DNA of 26,976 nt from a virus (Duplodnaviria > Caudoviricetes), in the IMG/VR virus record IMGVR_UViG_3300027815_000018, positions 1-26,976 of that record; one strand, 5' to 3'. Position numbers and translations under genes: made by a program. Below, piece by piece: positions 9,398 through 16,679 of the stretch. How positions within the stretch are numbered: the first letter of the stretch is position 1; each line of letters opens with the position of its first letter. The notes under the pieces were generated by a model that worked only from the letters and a program-made list of their open reading frames with translations, was not told where the DNA came from and made no database searches.

Positions 9398-9782
9398 GAG
9401 GCACTGCCTCGGGTATGCCCGAATACCGGCAAACTATATCATCGTCATTGACAACTAGAAAATCTTCCCCAGTTTCGAAATCAGTTACCCACTTACCTGC
9501 GTATTTTGCGTAATAGACATGATCTCCAATAACCAGATCAGCAAACGGTTTGCTCGGTTTATAAGAAGCCCAAGCATCCGGTCCGATGTCAACAATTGTT
9601 CCTGTAACAGTGGCCCCAAGTTCCTGTTTTTCGTCCACAAGATGATCAACCTCAATTCCATTTGGGGTTACCCAATGACCATCTATTTTCTTAATGTCTA
9701 TCTCTTGTCCACCGAATGTGACTGTTTGGCCTGCGGTGGGATCAGGTTTTATAATGATTCTAAACGCTATAGCCTTCAGCAT
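9390..9782 (-). CDS. groES: Co-chaperonin GroES-like protein
   Basis: 'LKAIAFRIIIKP', 'T.NGI', 'GTIVDIGP', 'GDHVYYAKYAG' and 'FLVVNDDDIV' match the Cpn10 fold. GAGG RBS before ATG 9782. Confidence 0.85.
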   Translation of the reverse strand: MLKAIAFRIIIKPDPTAGQTVTFGGQEIDIKKIDGHWVTPNGIEVDHLVDEKQELGATVTGTIVDIGPDAWASYKPSKPFADLVIGDHVYYAKYAGKWVTDFETGEDFLVVNDDDIVCRYSGIPEAVPLV

Positions 9783-10029
9783 CTGATACATCCTCTTTTA
9801 TTTGGTAATCGAAATCTTCGATTAAATACAACACTGCATCTTTTAAAGCTTGTGTCTTGCCTATAGCAATAAGACGTTCGTCTTCAGTGACAAACTGCCC
9901 TTCGGCAAGGGCTTCTTTGATATATTCCCGCTTATTCATTAAACCTGCAACTGCTCTTTTAGTAACGGGGGTCTGTTTCCAGAGTGCCCAGTCCTCTTTC
10001 GCCACTTCTGGCAAATCAATTAAAGGCAT
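9760..10029 (-). CDS. Hypothetical protein downstream of the portal
   Basis: 89 aa, AAGGA RBS, 'W..WK..PVTK' motif common in genes at this position. Confidence 0.6.
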   Translation of the reverse strand: MPLIDLPEVAKEDWALWKQTPVTKRAVAGLMNKREYIKEALAEGQFVTEDERLIAIGKTQALKDAVLYLIEDFDYQIKEDVSDAEGYSV

Positions 10030-10039
10030 CTACATCCTT

Positions 10040-12169
10040 TTATTTAGATTTTGGTGTGGCTGGTTTAGCAGCCGCTTGCTTCCTAGTTGCTTCTACTTTT
10101 GCTTCAGACATCTCTTTTTGATGCTGCATGTCTTGTTGATGGGTCTGTTGAGCGTGCATTCGTTCTTGCATATGAGTTTGCTGGGTTTGTTGCAAATCAT
10201 TGGCAGCTTGAACAGCCGTGTGGAACATTTCTTGCTTAGCTTTGGACTCTTCCAGTTGTGCCTCAAAAGCTTTTATCTTCATGTCTAATTCTTTAGACTT
10301 AGCATCAAGACTCGCTTCAAAAGCTTTTAATTGTGCTTCTTGTTGTGCTTGTAGGGCCTTCTGTTGGCCTTCAGCTTGCTTTAATTGCATCTCCCCTTGC
10401 AGTTTTGCTTGCTCTGGAGAAGGGGGTGGTTGGTAGGGCTGGTTCTGTCCGGCAGGTTGGCCGGGTTTGGCATCGGCCCCCATTAAGGCTCCGATGTTCT
10501 CCGCTTCAACCGCATCAAGGAATCTCTTCGTGTATTCCTTCGGATTGATGGTTCCGAGTTGAAGCAAAGCCCCATAACTCTGAACCTTCATCAATTTCTG
10601 AGCAGAACTTACAATGTTGGGATCAGCATTGGGTTTAACCGAAATGTTCTTTTGGTCATAGTCCTGCTTCTCAACCGACTGGCCTTGTGGACCTTCCGGT
10701 TCGTTTATCGTGAAGTAGATTTTCGAGTCAGGTAAATGGATCGCGTTTAAGCGAAAGAGTTTCTCGTATTCTTTGCCTAATGCCCGGTAGATACGCTTGT
10801 AAATTGCAGTGAATACTTTGAGACCTTGCTCAATCGTAGCCATCGTAGTCGTAGCGGGAGTGTTCTGGCCCGGCATCTTCCCAACAAAAATCTCGGCGAT
10901 GCTTGCGAGTTCTTTTCCACTGGAGACCAAGGTTTCGAGCAATTTAAATAGAACGTCCGACGGTTCCTTCGTAGGAAGGGGAAATATATGCTTTTTAATA
11001 TCATCGCCGGTAAAGTCTACTGGTTTCCACTCACCGGGTATAAAGCGAGTATTACCCGATCTAACCCGTATTCCACGGCCAAGGAAACCGGCCTGTAGAT
11101 TGTTAATGGTGCCGCCATCAAGAAGCATGTTAGTAAGACTGTTAACAGCCTCATTTATGCCCCCGAGTAAAAGACCAAAGCCAACATCATAGATACCACC
11201 ATCAGGATTAGGTATAAACCCAAACTTGGTGAAGTATTCCGTGGGCCGAATTCGGACGAACTTCTCCTTGCCCGTCTTCGGATCAATCGTTGTTTCAATT
11301 CCATCAACATCAAATCGGGCGATGACCCGTGCGACTTGTTTAGAATCATAGTGAACTGTGACGATGTAGGGTTCTGCGTAACCGTCACCGTCGAGGTCCC
11401 AAGAGCAGTGACACTCGATGAACTTGTGCGGGGTAGCAGGCGATAAGGCAGGTTCTTTTGTTCCGTCGATCTGATTCCGGGCGTCATTAGGTTTTGACTG
11501 TCCACGGGGTTGGCCATATGGCAAATCGTTAAAAAGGTCTTTATTAACCCGTTCTTGGATATCATTATCAGTCCGCCAGATTATTTGGGACTTGCGCGAA
11601 GCACTTTCAACAGTTTTCGCATAATAGTCAATAACAAGCTCTGTAGGAAGTATAAGCTCAGAGCAATTTCTTTCTTCCATATGGTCATAATAGGTCTTCT
11701 TAAAAAGACAACCAGCAATGGGGAGTATAAAACATAAACGATCCATTTCCTCTTCCCAGTCAGGCATTTGGGAAGTAAGTTGGTAGCTCATGTGCCTGCC
11801 AATCCGTTTAGCTTGGCTGGTCTTGATTCCGCCTTCGTCTTGACCAATAACTAGACCAGCAACCAAGTTTGGGCCGGGGACAAGAGCAGGATATGCCCGA
11901 GCCGCAAACTGTAGTGCAGCGGTCGCAAGTAGGGGAAACTTGACATTCGCTGCTTTAGGCCAAGGGAAAGTTTTAGTTTCCTTGACTTGGGTTGCTAACT
12001 TGAGGTAGTCTTCGTAACGTCTTTCCCACTCAATACGGGAATCGCAGTCTTCGTCAAACCAATGGCAAATCTTCCGTCCCATCTCCTCCAAAGACTCTGG
12101 GTGGATGTCGGAAGATAAATTTTTAGACTCAGTATAGCGAGTAAATTCTTCTTTAGTGGGGGTTGTCAT
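10040..12169 (-). CDS. Portal protein
   Basis: 709 aa directly after TerL: 'KTFPWPKAANVKFPLL..AALQFAARAYP', 'G..FKKTYY', 'DLDGDGYAEPYIVT', 'GQNTPATTTMA.IEQG.KVF.AIYKR'. Long Gln-rich C-terminal coiled coil like a P22 barrel. Confidence 0.9.
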   Translation of the reverse strand: MTTPTKEEFTRYTESKNLSSDIHPESLEEMGRKICHWFDEDCDSRIEWERRYEDYLKLATQVKETKTFPWPKAANVKFPLLATAALQFAARAYPALVPGPNLVAGLVIGQDEGGIKTSQAKRIGRHMSYQLTSQMPDWEEEMDRLCFILPIAGCLFKKTYYDHMEERNCSELILPTELVIDYYAKTVESASRKSQIIWRTDNDIQERVNKDLFNDLPYGQPRGQSKPNDARNQIDGTKEPALSPATPHKFIECHCSWDLDGDGYAEPYIVTVHYDSKQVARVIARFDVDGIETTIDPKTGKEKFVRIRPTEYFTKFGFIPNPDGGIYDVGFGLLLGGINEAVNSLTNMLLDGGTINNLQAGFLGRGIRVRSGNTRFIPGEWKPVDFTGDDIKKHIFPLPTKEPSDVLFKLLETLVSSGKELASIAEIFVGKMPGQNTPATTTMATIEQGLKVFTAIYKRIYRALGKEYEKLFRLNAIHLPDSKIYFTINEPEGPQGQSVEKQDYDQKNISVKPNADPNIVSSAQKLMKVQSYGALLQLGTINPKEYTKRFLDAVEAENIGALMGADAKPGQPAGQNQPYQPPPSPEQAKLQGEMQLKQAEGQQKALQAQQEAQLKAFEASLDAKSKELDMKIKAFEAQLEESKAKQEMFHTAVQAANDLQQTQQTHMQERMHAQQTHQQDMQHQKEMSEAKVEATRKQAAAKPATPKSK

Positions 12170-13693
12170 CTAGTAGCCGGTCATTTCACTACGTCCCATA
12201 TCTATTGCTGAAAGGTCCACAAATTCTTCTTCCCATTCCAAATCTTGTATCTGTTTACCAGTAGGAGCCGACATCATTTGGTCTAGAAAAAGGCCGAATA
12301 GGGACATCATATCTACTTGGTCGTCGTGCTTGCCTCTGTCGAATTCAAGGAGTTCCTGCTCAAAGTCGGGATACCAAGACATCTTTTTAGCAAACTTGAC
12401 TCCGCTTGTTCGCATTCTTCCACGGATAGATGTGGCGCGAAGCCGTTTGTCAATGGTCTCGGGGATCGCCTCAACATGAAGGAATTTATTATGTCTTCGT
12501 ATTTCATCCTGTAGAAACGGTCCAATTCCCTTTTCATAGGCACCCTTACCAATCAGGACAGTATTGAACTTGTATCGTTCCTGAAGCCGAACGATGGTAT
12601 CCACGACCTCTTTAGTGTCCAATCGGTCTCGAATAACTTGCCGGATGTAGAGCATTCCGGTCTCATCAAGAGAACCAACCCCGAATGCACACCAATCGCG
12701 TCGTTCTTTAGTGGAAAAAGCTCCATCAAGAGAGAGATAGGTTGGAGCGTATTCCCAAGCACGGGTGAAATCCTGTTCATCAAAATCAATGAAGTCGGAC
12801 TTCTTGAAGAAGGTGTTAAACGGGTCAATTGGACGATTAAGATATTCCTGATAATACCCCTCCGGGTTCCCCTGAGCCACGAACATTGCCCGTATTTCTC
12901 GAAACTTCTTTTCATTCCATTTAACAGGCCATAGAATCTTTGAGAAATCTTCATTGTGTGCCTTATATCTGACCGACATCCAGCCGTCCATTGGCTTGAT
13001 TGTCTCGGACTTCAGATCACTGTGACGGGTGTTGGCGTTGCGGTCCTTTGGCATCAGGCGCTCAAGAGCAGCGTCCATGTGCAAGATAGTGCCGACAAGC
13101 CTTATAACCCCTTTGTGGGACATCGCTGGTAGGAGGGCGTTGAAGAGCCATTTGTTGAACTTTTCACGCCGATCTGGGTTCATCACGATCTCATCATTCT
13201 CTAGATCGTCCCCGATAATTAGATCAGGACGGCGGTTGTTCCAAATGATTCCTCGCACCTTCTGCTCAGAACCAAGGGCCACGATCCTAAAATCATACCC
13301 ATCATTCAGCCTTACAATTACCTCGTCTTCCCGGTCCGTGTCAAATCCAACTATCCCGAAAAGGTCCCGAAGTTGCTGATTTATTTCAAGTTCCCTCTTG
13401 GCTTCTCCGAGGAACTGGCAAGACTGTTTATATGTGTCGCTTACGATGACGATGTGCCGAGCAGCCCTAAATAGAGCAGCGGCGAGCAGATAAGCTTTCG
13501 TAATTGCCGTGGACTTAGCGTGACCTCTAGGAGCCGCGATAGCCACTCGTCTGTAACTGGAGCAACACAGCGACCACCATTCTCGATGACAATCTGGGGT
13601 GGGAGCTGGTTCATCAAAACTCCCGGAAAGGAGTCCTCCGGCAAATCCGTAGATAAGATCGGCTGTGAGTTTAACATTGTTTCCATTGGTCAC
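12170..13693 (-). CDS. terL: Terminase large subunit
   Basis: Walker A APRGHAKST, Walker B LIIGDDLE, 'VGTILH', 'QEYLN.P' and the RNase H-like nuclease motif 'HDDQVD'. Confidence 0.95.
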   Translation of the reverse strand: MTNGNNVKLTADLIYGFAGGLLSGSFDEPAPTPDCHREWWSLCCSSYRRVAIAAPRGHAKSTAITKAYLLAAALFRAARHIVIVSDTYKQSCQFLGEAKRELEINQQLRDLFGIVGFDTDREDEVIVRLNDGYDFRIVALGSEQKVRGIIWNNRRPDLIIGDDLENDEIVMNPDRREKFNKWLFNALLPAMSHKGVIRLVGTILHMDAALERLMPKDRNANTRHSDLKSETIKPMDGWMSVRYKAHNEDFSKILWPVKWNEKKFREIRAMFVAQGNPEGYYQEYLNRPIDPFNTFFKKSDFIDFDEQDFTRAWEYAPTYLSLDGAFSTKERRDWCAFGVGSLDETGMLYIRQVIRDRLDTKEVVDTIVRLQERYKFNTVLIGKGAYEKGIGPFLQDEIRRHNKFLHVEAIPETIDKRLRATSIRGRMRTSGVKFAKKMSWYPDFEQELLEFDRGKHDDQVDMMSLFGLFLDQMMSAPTGKQIQDLEWEEEFVDLSAIDMGRSEMTGY

Positions 13694-13694
13694 G

Positions 13695-13958
13695 TTACTT
13701 CATACTTCCATCACGGTTTCGTGGGTAACTGCGATTCTTAGCGGCCTGCGAAAGCCGAAGATTGCTTAGTCTGTTACTACCCCCTTTGCCTAGTTCTCGC
13801 TTGTGATCCACATCCATTCCCGGAGGTATCGGATGCCCAAGAGCCATAGAGAAGGCTCTTCGGGCTTTAACCCGCATCGTCCGCTGTTTCCTGCGTTCCG
13901 GGTCTTCGGCGGCTGCTTCCTGCTTGTAGTTTCTTATGTAACCGGGGCTTGAAGGCAT
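13695..13958 (-). CDS. Small HNH endonuclease
   Basis: 'DVDHK..L.KGGSN..SNLR......NRS' HNH motif, directly upstream of terL. Confidence 0.8.
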   Translation of the reverse strand: MPSSPGYIRNYKQEAAAEDPERRKQRTMRVKARRAFSMALGHPIPPGMDVDHKRELGKGGSNRLSNLRLSQAAKNRSYPRNRDGSMK

Positions 13959-14070
13959 TTTGTGGTTCTTCGAGATTGAACTTGGATCGTTGCTGGGCTA
14001 ACTTGTTTCTTCGTAGGTCCCGACGATGAAGAAAGACAAGATCAGGCGGTTGCTGGCTCAGGTGTGACAT
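13867..14070 (-). CDS. Possible small basic protein
   Basis: 67 aa filling the gap between terS and the HNH gene, with a GAGG RBS, but overlapping the HNH gene by about 90 nt. Confidence 0.3.
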   Translation of the reverse strand: MSHLSQQPPDLVFLHRRDLRRNKLAQQRSKFNLEEPQNAFKPRLHKKLQAGSSRRRPGTQETADDAG

Positions 14071-14686
14071 CTATTACCTCACCCTCAATCACTTTTTCCT
14101 CTTTATTTTCTTTCTTGTTGACCAGATCAATGAAGGTTTGAGCCAATTTCTGCAATTTATCTTCACTTACCTCGCCTGAACTGACGTTCTGGCTTATCGA
14201 AGTGGGCTTATTTCGGATAATTTGGCGTTTGTCGATGGTAATTGCACTGACTAAGGCCAAATCCTTTGCATTTATAGGCTTTCTTGTCTGAGTTCCATCT
14301 TTAAGGATGACATAATCACCATGTTCAAGGCGATCTAGGATCAAATCTTGCGTTTGTTCCGCTATTAGCGTGAACTTAGCGTCAAGTTTCTCATTGTTTT
14401 CATGGCGTATTTCTTCAAGAAGCTCTTTAAACCAAGGGGTGCGAGACCAAGCCTTAACCGTTCCAACTGGAACCTTTGCAAGCTCAGAGCACTTTTGAGC
14501 ACTGCCAATGCAAGCCCAAAGAGTAACAACTTCGATCCGTTTTTCATCAGGATACCACCCGTTCCGCTTCTCAATTCCCCGGTTGTAAGTCCCCCGGACA
14601 GGAGCAAGGACGATCTCCTTTCCCCTGTAGGTCATCCCAGTGCGTTTCTCCGGGCGGGTATCTGGGGCATTTTCAATAAAAGCCAT
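14042..14686 (-). CDS. Probable terminase small subunit
   Basis: N-terminal HTH ('EKRIEVVTLW..IGSAQKCSELAKVPVGTVKAW....WF'), then helical 'DRLEHGD' and 'DK.Q..R.KPT.I'. Lies upstream of terL. Confidence 0.7.
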   Translation of the reverse strand: MAFIENAPDTRPEKRTGMTYRGKEIVLAPVRGTYNRGIEKRNGWYPDEKRIEVVTLWACIGSAQKCSELAKVPVGTVKAWSRTPWFKELLEEIRHENNEKLDAKFTLIAEQTQDLILDRLEHGDYVILKDGTQTRKPINAKDLALVSAITIDKRQIIRNKPTSISQNVSSGEVSEDKLQKLAQTFIDLVNKKENKEEKVIEGEVIDVTPEPATA

Positions 14687-14700
14687 TTTTAAGTGGAAGT

Positions 14701-15078
14701 TTAATAGATATTTACTTCAAAGGTGTCAATTACAAGAAGACTATGAAGATTAATAAACGCTACTCGTAAATCCCGGATGTATGGTGCAACCTCAGACAAT
14801 CGGAAAAGGTCATTTATTTGAGTGTATCCAAGGAGAGGGTCGAGCATTTGGTCGAATGTAACTGATTGTTTCCAAATGCGCGTGTCCATAAATTTTATCT
14901 TGAATTCCCAAGTAGTAACCAACTTATTAAAGTGCAGGAAGTCTATTGGGATTTGTGCGTGCAGTTGTCGGATTAGAGTATAAATCTCGAACAAGAGGTC
15001 AAGATTAATATCCAATGCCCCCTGATTATAGGTTGCATTACAGGTCATCAAGTAATCAGAATAAGAAAAAGTAGCCAT
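14701..15078 (-). CDS. Hypothetical protein
   Basis: 125 aa, AT-rich, packed in the operon. Confidence 0.5.
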   Translation of the reverse strand: MATFSYSDYLMTCNATYNQGALDINLDLLFEIYTLIRQLHAQIPIDFLHFNKLVTTWEFKIKFMDTRIWKQSVTFDQMLDPLLGYTQINDLFRLSEVAPYIRDLRVAFINLHSLLVIDTFEVNIY

Positions 15079-15082
15079 TGCT

Positions 15083-15409
15083 TTAGATGTCTTTCTCGGC
15101 CCCGTATTCAGGGGATTTCAGACATTGCTTGAACCAAGTTCCGGCCTTTTCCATTGGATCAGGATCAGTTCCTTGGTAGATGAACTCAATTGCCCTTCGG
15201 ACATCCCGCTCTACTTCCTTGGAAACCATTGAAAAATCAATGGCTTCAATCAGATTCTGCTTAGTGATTCCCTGTATCCGATACACAGTCCACTGCATGA
15301 CATGCCGAGACTGTATCTGGCAGGTCTCAGGAGACTTGGCAAAGACTGGTGGAAAAGCTAAAGCACAAGTAAGTGCTAAAAGGCTCAGGAAGCGGGTTAG
15401 GAGGTTCAA
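15083..15409 (-). CDS. Hypothetical exported protein
   Basis: Signal-peptide-like N-terminus (MNLLTRFLSLLALTCALAFPPVFA) and a Cys pair. Confidence 0.6.
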   Translation of the reverse strand: MNLLTRFLSLLALTCALAFPPVFAKSPETCQIQSRHVMQWTVYRIQGITKQNLIEAIDFSMVSKEVERDVRRAIEFIYQGTDPDPMEKAGTWFKQCLKSPEYGAEKDI

Positions 15410-15447
15410 GGTGAGTTTCCCCGAAGAAAAGGTAGGGGTTGGTATGT

Positions 15448-15513
15448 CTAAGAGTATCCCTGTTTAATCCAGAAGAATAACCAGACACAGAAGATGAAGG
15501 CAAAAAGAATCAT
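15448..15513 (-). CDS. Possible 21-aa hydrophobic peptide
   Basis: MILFAFIFCVWLFFWIKQGYS*, just downstream of the tRNA. No clear RBS. Confidence 0.3.
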   Translation of the reverse strand: MILFAFIFCVWLFFWIKQGYS

Positions 15514-15539
15514 ATTGGAACTTTACAGTTAAGAAACTT

Positions 15540-15614
15540 TGGAGCAGGCTCAGGGACTCGAACCCGTGATCTTTAGCTTGGAAGGCTAAGGCACAACCTT
15601 TATACCAAACCCGC
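15540..15614 (-). tRNA. tRNA-Gly (anticodon TCC) with encoded CCA
   Basis: Reverse complement: GCGGGTT-TG-GTAT AAAGGTT GTGC-C-TTAGC CTTCCAA GCTAA-AGAT-CACGGG TTCGAGT CCCTG-AGCCTGC-T-CCA. Cloverleaf with the U73 discriminator typical of bacterial tRNA-Gly. Confidence 0.9.
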
Positions 15615-15749
15615 TTGTTGTTCGATCTGGCACGGAGACCCCACCTCCCGTTTTAAGACCTGCTAGACCTCAAGGGTCATGGGTTCGCCACCACAGACCA
15701 GAAAGTCCACCGAGAGTCCCCAGAAGACGAAATTCTAGTCTTGGCTACT

Positions 15750-15778
15750 ATTATAACACATTTCAGCTCTTTTGTCAA
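15750..15778 (-). promoter_or_regulatory. sigma70 promoter (perfect consensus, extended -10)
   Basis: Minus strand TTGACA-17nt-TATAAT with TG immediately upstream (TGT-TATAAT). Points toward the tRNA and packaging arm. Confidence 0.85.
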
Positions 15779-15997
15779 GAACTATTTGATTTTAGACGAA
15801 AATAAATCTCTTGACAAATAGAAGTGGAGCCTCTCAGCGGAACTTCTCGAAAGGAAACGAAGTTCCTACGATAGTAAGAGTTGATCTAATTCCGAGCGTA
15901 ACGCGAGGTATAGATACACTTTCCATCGAAAGATCATACATTTATGATATAATCTTCTGCTTTCAAGCTTACGGTTCTTGGTTTTTTAATAGCCTAT

Positions 15998-16026
15998 ATT
16001 ATATCATACTTTTAACTAAAAGTCAA
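15998..16026 (-). promoter_or_regulatory. sigma70 promoter (extended -10)
   Basis: Minus strand TTGACT-17nt-TATAAT with TGA-TATAAT. Confidence 0.8.
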
Positions 16027-16273
16027 CTCTTTTGTAAAATATATTTTATTTCTATGCTAGGTTCGACCCTAAAAAGGGTCTCAAGCGAGGAGTCTAAGGG
16101 GTTGCCCTTGTATCCTCCGAGCGTCACTTAAGTTCCTAATTTTATAGGGGAAAGAGACTCTTTATAAAAGTTATTCCTGTGGTATTTACTACTAGGAAGC
16201 AATATCCCCACTAAAGGATTTTCCCCCCACCCCCTTGTTTAATAAAGGATTAAAATAAAAACACCTAGATATA

Positions 16274-16292
16274 AATGAGAATTATTCCCATT
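16274..16292. promoter_or_regulatory. Fur-box-like inverted repeat
   Basis: AATGAGAAT-T-ATTCCCATT matches 15/18 positions of the 9-1-9 Fur consensus AATGATAAT-N-ATTATCATT. Confidence 0.55.
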
Positions 16293-16358
16293 AACTGCTA
16301 AGCATAAGGCTGATTTATACCACTATCAATCTAATCAATGCACTACAAAGGTGCATAC

Positions 16359-16375
16359 GTTACAAGCCTTGTAAC
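16359..16375. repeat. Dispersed palindrome, copy 1
   Basis: GTTACAA-GCC-TTGTAAC, intergenic. Confidence 0.9.
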
Positions 16376-16426
16376 AAAGATTAGGGGATTAGACTTACTC
16401 TAAACAGTGTAACAGTCATGAACCAA

Positions 16427-16644
16427 GGGAACTACCCCGCACTGTGGTGGTCTTACTGGTAACGGACGGAACCAGTCAGATGACTGCGACCATAATCCTG
16501 CACCATCGGACAACAGTCCCCTCATATCCGCTCTGACCACGGCAAGGCGCTAGCCTACCCCGTGCGAGTGCAAGCTAGCAGTGGCTGGAAAGTCAGTCAC
16601 ACCTTGATATTAGCCTATCTTTTGCCATCCTTCAGCTAGTTCCC
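16427..16644 (+). ncRNA. Candidate multi-branched structured RNA upstream of the first early gene
   Basis: Closing stem GGGAACTA/TAGTTCCC with at least six nested internal helices. G-U pairs favour the plus strand. Confidence 0.5.
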
Positions 16645-16679
16645 CTCATATGTAATTCAGTTTGAAAGGAATAGCGAAT

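Noticed and set aside
10080-10470. Gln-rich low-complexity stretch as a repeat element
   Set aside because: It is explained by the coiled-coil C-terminus of the portal protein.
15811-16131. 106-aa plus-strand ORF starting at TTG, and a plus-strand promoter at TTGACA 15811
   Set aside because: The ORF has no RBS and crosses promoter and hairpin DNA. No -10 element lies at a 16-18 nt spacing.
16427-16644. The structured element as a retron msr-msd or DGR component
   Set aside because: There is no reverse transcriptase in the window and no template/variable repeat pair.
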